DNA from: Candidatus Eiseniibacteriota bacterium
Lineage (GTDB): Bacteria; Eisenbacteria; RBG-16-71-46; CAIMUX01
NCBI GenBank assembly: GCA_020633975.1
Contig: JACKCR010000006.1
Location: 267,873-331,872, forward strand
Reading direction: 5' to 3'
DNA: 64,000 nucleotides
Shown here: positions 61,505 to 64,000 of the stretch, piece by piece
How the letters are laid out: each line of letters starts with the position of its first letter
How positions within the stretch are numbered: position 1 is the stretch's first letter
The notes under the pieces: model-generated
Told to the model about the DNA's origin: nothing
What the model saw: only the letters and a program-made list of their open reading frames with translations
Databases searched by the model: none
Program-made: the position numbers and the translations under genes

Positions 61505-61730
61505 GGGGATCTCCTTTCCTCGAGGTTGATGGAGCAATTCGCGTGCCGGCTCCAGGAGGGGAGAGTGAGACATGGATGACCCAAGGCGCCGGATCCTCTG
61601 GCGAAGAGGCGCCTAACGATGGGTCAGTGTTGTCCCATCGTTAGGCGCTAGGTGCGTTTCTGGAGCGCGGTCGTGTGGTCAATGAAGAGCCAATGCGGAT
61701 GGCGACTCGGTCCAGGACTCGGTCTACGAG

Positions 61731-64000
61731 TCACTCTCTCCAGTCGACCTCCTGCGCTTCACAGAGGACGGAGTCCAGATCGTTGAATCGGACTCCCGTC
61801 GGTTCGAGGGGGAGCGCGAGATCGAAGCTCGAGTCGGCGCCTTGGACGTGGAGTCTCACCCGCGCATAGCGACCCTCGTCGAACTCGATTCGGATCGGAA
61901 CGTACATCCGGAACTGTTCCGGCACGTTCTTCTGATGGACCTGGACACCGAGGCGCGGCCCGTCTTCCGACTCGGTGATCCGGAATGCGTACTCGTACTT
62001 CGGAATCGCACTGCCTCGAACCCACTGATCGAAGAACCAACCCATCTCCATCCCCGTATGGGCTTCTACGATGCGCTGGAAGTCCGCTGTGCTCGCCTGT
62101 CGGCCACGGTAGGTCGAGTAGAAATCCTGCATCATCGCGACGAACGCGTCCTCGCTCATCGTGTCCAGGTCGACCAGCAAGTTTCTCAGCATGTGGAGGA
62201 CCCAGCCCCCCTTGCGGTAGATGATGAGATCGTAGTCGCCTCGGGTGGTGCTGCTGGTCGTACGGTAACCGAGTACGATGGGACCAGCTTCTTGACCTTT
62301 GCCGAAGACAGACTTCCGATTGTCGAGGATACGCTTGCGCCAGTCGCTGAGGATCTCGAAGAAGGTGTCGTTGTCCTCCAGGATCACTTGGGTGAACCAC
62401 AATCCGGAGTAGTCTGCGAATCCTTCGGAGAGCCACTGATCGTGGTAGGTCTCGAAGTCGACACCGATACCCCACCATTGATGGGCGACCTCGTGCGCGC
62501 GGAACTGCTCGGGGGTTCCGACTTGATCGAAGTCGTGGAACGTCAGGGCGGACAGGTGGACCAGGCCCGGGAAGGCCTCCCCGTGGCGCCCGAGTATCTC
62601 CGTGACGTAGAGGTGCTGCACCGGGCAGGGACCGTAGACGTGCTGGTAGAAGCGGAGCGCTTCCAGGACGTCGCGCCCGACGATCTCGTCCATGTTCGTT
62701 GCCCCTGCATAGGGTCTCCAGCTCTGGACGGTGTTGGCGATGCTTCGACGGTGGCCGCTCATGTTCATGTGGACCGTTACGATCGGGGCGTCGTCCTCCG
62801 CGAGATCGAGTTCCTCGAAGATACCGATGTTGAACGACGCGTTTCGGATCGGCTCCTCGACGCGCCAGACCGAGGTGTGCGTGCGATCTCGAACCTCTTC
62901 CGACGCGAGGCGCCCCACGGACGAGAGAGTGAGGTGCTCAGGGACCCTGTAGGTGAGGTCGTACGTGGAGTACTCGCGACCCTCGATCCGTGGGTACCAA
63001 CGGTTCGACGAACGAAGTGCGTACCATCCTTCCCGCTTCTCGACCAAGGGACCTTGGTACTCGACGACGACTGTTCGGGATTCGCCCGCCGACAAGGTCG
63101 GATCGGCTCGGAGCCAGAGATGGGAGCTGTCCTCGGCCCGGAAGAACCACTCCGCTTCGTCCTCGTCGCGCGTACCGGGCGAGTCTGACGACGGCTCGAT
63201 CCAGCGCACCGAGGTGACCTCCAGCATCGAGGCCAACCGGAGCGGGAGCCAGCTCAGAGAGTCCACCGTCGACTCGACCGTCATCTCGACCGCCGCCTGG
63301 GCGTTCATGCCGCCCTCCAGCGTCAGGTCTATCCCGTAGTGAGGGACACGAATGCGCGGAGGATCCTCGGATCCGCCCTGTGCCTTGCGCGCCAGGTCGG
63401 ACATGTAGTCGAACTGGGTGACGACCTCCGTGAGCTTGTCGTAGTAGACCTTGGCCTTGCGGAGGAAGCGAACCTCCTCCTCTTCGTACGGATCGATCTC
63501 GAAGAAGACTGGGTCCTCGTACTGGCGCTCCATGACGGAGAAAAAGTAGGGGTGGACCACCCCATCGAGGAGCGAGCGTGCGAACCCGGCACGGATCTCC
63601 TTCGTTTCCTTCCGGAGCAGATACTCCTTGGCCCCCTCGAGAGTCCGCTTGGTCGCGTTGTCGACCTTCCCCGGACCGAATTGGAGACGCGACTCGAGTT
63701 CCCGTTCCGTGCCGTCCGCGAAGAAGAACACAATCGATTCGAGATCGACCTCGAAGGGAGACTCCTTCATCACGCGGGCGAGATGCTCGGACTCGATACG
63801 GGTGGGCGGCGTCAGGGAAAGGTGGGCCTCACCGACGAACACGGCCCCTGCCACGCGTCCTTCGACCGGTGCGAGCAGTGCGAGCGTCCCCGGGCCCAAG
63901 GTGAGGATCGCCGCTTCTCGCTGCAACGAGAGGTACTCGACGTCGGCGACACGTTCTGAGTCGATCTCGACGCGATCGAGTGCGTCGTAGAGATCTTCAT
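61731..64000 (-). CDS. M1-family zinc aminopeptidase (aminopeptidase N-like), N-terminus beyond window end
   Basis: HEVAHQWWG...WLSEGFADY (HExxH-18-E gluzincin signature). The frame stays open to position 64000; the M at 63926 in the track is an internal TTG. Confidence 0.8.
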   Translation of the reverse strand, partial: EDLYDALDRVEIDSERVADVEYLSLQREAAILTLGPGTLALLAPVEGRVAGAVFVGEAHLSLTPPTRIESEHLARVMKESPFEVDLESIVFFFADGTERELESRLQFGPGKVDNATKRTLEGAKEYLLRKETKEIRAGFARSLLDGVVHPYFFSVMERQYEDPVFFEIDPYEEEEVRFLRKAKVYYDKLTEVVTQFDYMSDLARKAQGGSEDPPRIRVPHYGIDLTLEGGMNAQAAVEMTVESTVDSLSWLPLRLASMLEVTSVRWIEPSSDSPGTRDEDEAEWFFRAEDSSHLWLRADPTLSAGESRTVVVEYQGPLVEKREGWYALRSSNRWYPRIEGREYSTYDLTYRVPEHLTLSSVGRLASEEVRDRTHTSVWRVEEPIRNASFNIGIFEELDLAEDDAPIVTVHMNMSGHRRSIANTVQSWRPYAGATNMDEIVGRDVLEALRFYQHVYGPCPVQHLYVTEILGRHGEAFPGLVHLSALTFHDFDQVGTPEQFRAHEVAHQWWGIGVDFETYHDQWLSEGFADYSGLWFTQVILEDNDTFFEILSDWRKRILDNRKSVFGKGQEAGPIVLGYRTTSSTTRGDYDLIIYRKGGWVLHMLRNLLVDLDTMSEDAFVAMMQDFYSTYRGRQASTADFQRIVEAHTGMEMGWFFDQWVRGSAIPKYEYAFRITESEDGPRLGVQVHQKNVPEQFRMYVPIRIEFDEGRYARVRLHVQGADSSFDLALPLEPTGVRFNDLDSVLCEAQEVDWRE

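Overview
High-GC window (about 68 to 70% GC, so all six frames are open and most long ORFs in the track are antisense artefacts). It carries about 45 genes of a Gram-negative-type bacterium. I infer a T9SS-bearing lineage, possibly Gemmatimonadota/FCB-like, from signal peptides, Tat motifs, lipoboxes and T9SS-type C-terminal domains; this is inference only. Gene order: (i) an envelope-glycan operon on the minus strand (asnB-like amidotransferase, 5' end off-window; ArnT/PMT-like GT-C glycosyltransferase; SGNH hydrolase). (ii) Divergent from it, three consecutive secreted proteins with Por/T9SS-type C-terminal domains (CTDs), built from beta-helix, cohesin-like, Fn3-like and dockerin-like modules. 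(iii) A minus-strand block: Cys-rich-repeat secreted protein, PD40 beta-propeller, TPR-GAF sigma-54 activator, lamin-tail-domain (LTD) protein. (iv) PP2C phosphatase and VOC protein. (v) A second GT-C-type membrane glycosyltransferase whose ATG sits just upstream of a C15 homopolymer tract and is out of frame. (vi) A textbook sigma-54 promoter driving a small GG-plus-C-terminal-TM protein and a secreted C39-peptidase/TPR/POTRA-Omp85-like fusion. (vii) Lipoprotein, ankyrin, Rieske-SDR pair. (viii) A complete Hyb-type [NiFe] hydrogenase operon (hybO-A-B-C-D-like) divergent from hypA-B-C-D-F-E, with successive 8-nt start/stop overlaps and tandem-repeat-encoded low-complexity inserts in HypF. (ix) A decayed LVIVD-repeat gene with a CTD, then a 42-bp minisatellite. 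(x) OMP, STAND Ser/Thr kinase (kinase-NB-ARC-TPR), giant FG-GAP/CTD protein, ECF sigma plus membrane Ser/Thr kinase pair, a small Cys-rich CTD protein, and a 5'-truncated M1 aminopeptidase. No rRNA, tRNA, CRISPR or mobile elements were recognised. Three apparent frameshifts and the C15 tract all sit in homopolymer runs, so homopolymer indel error in the assembly is a live alternative to real phase variation or pseudogenisation.
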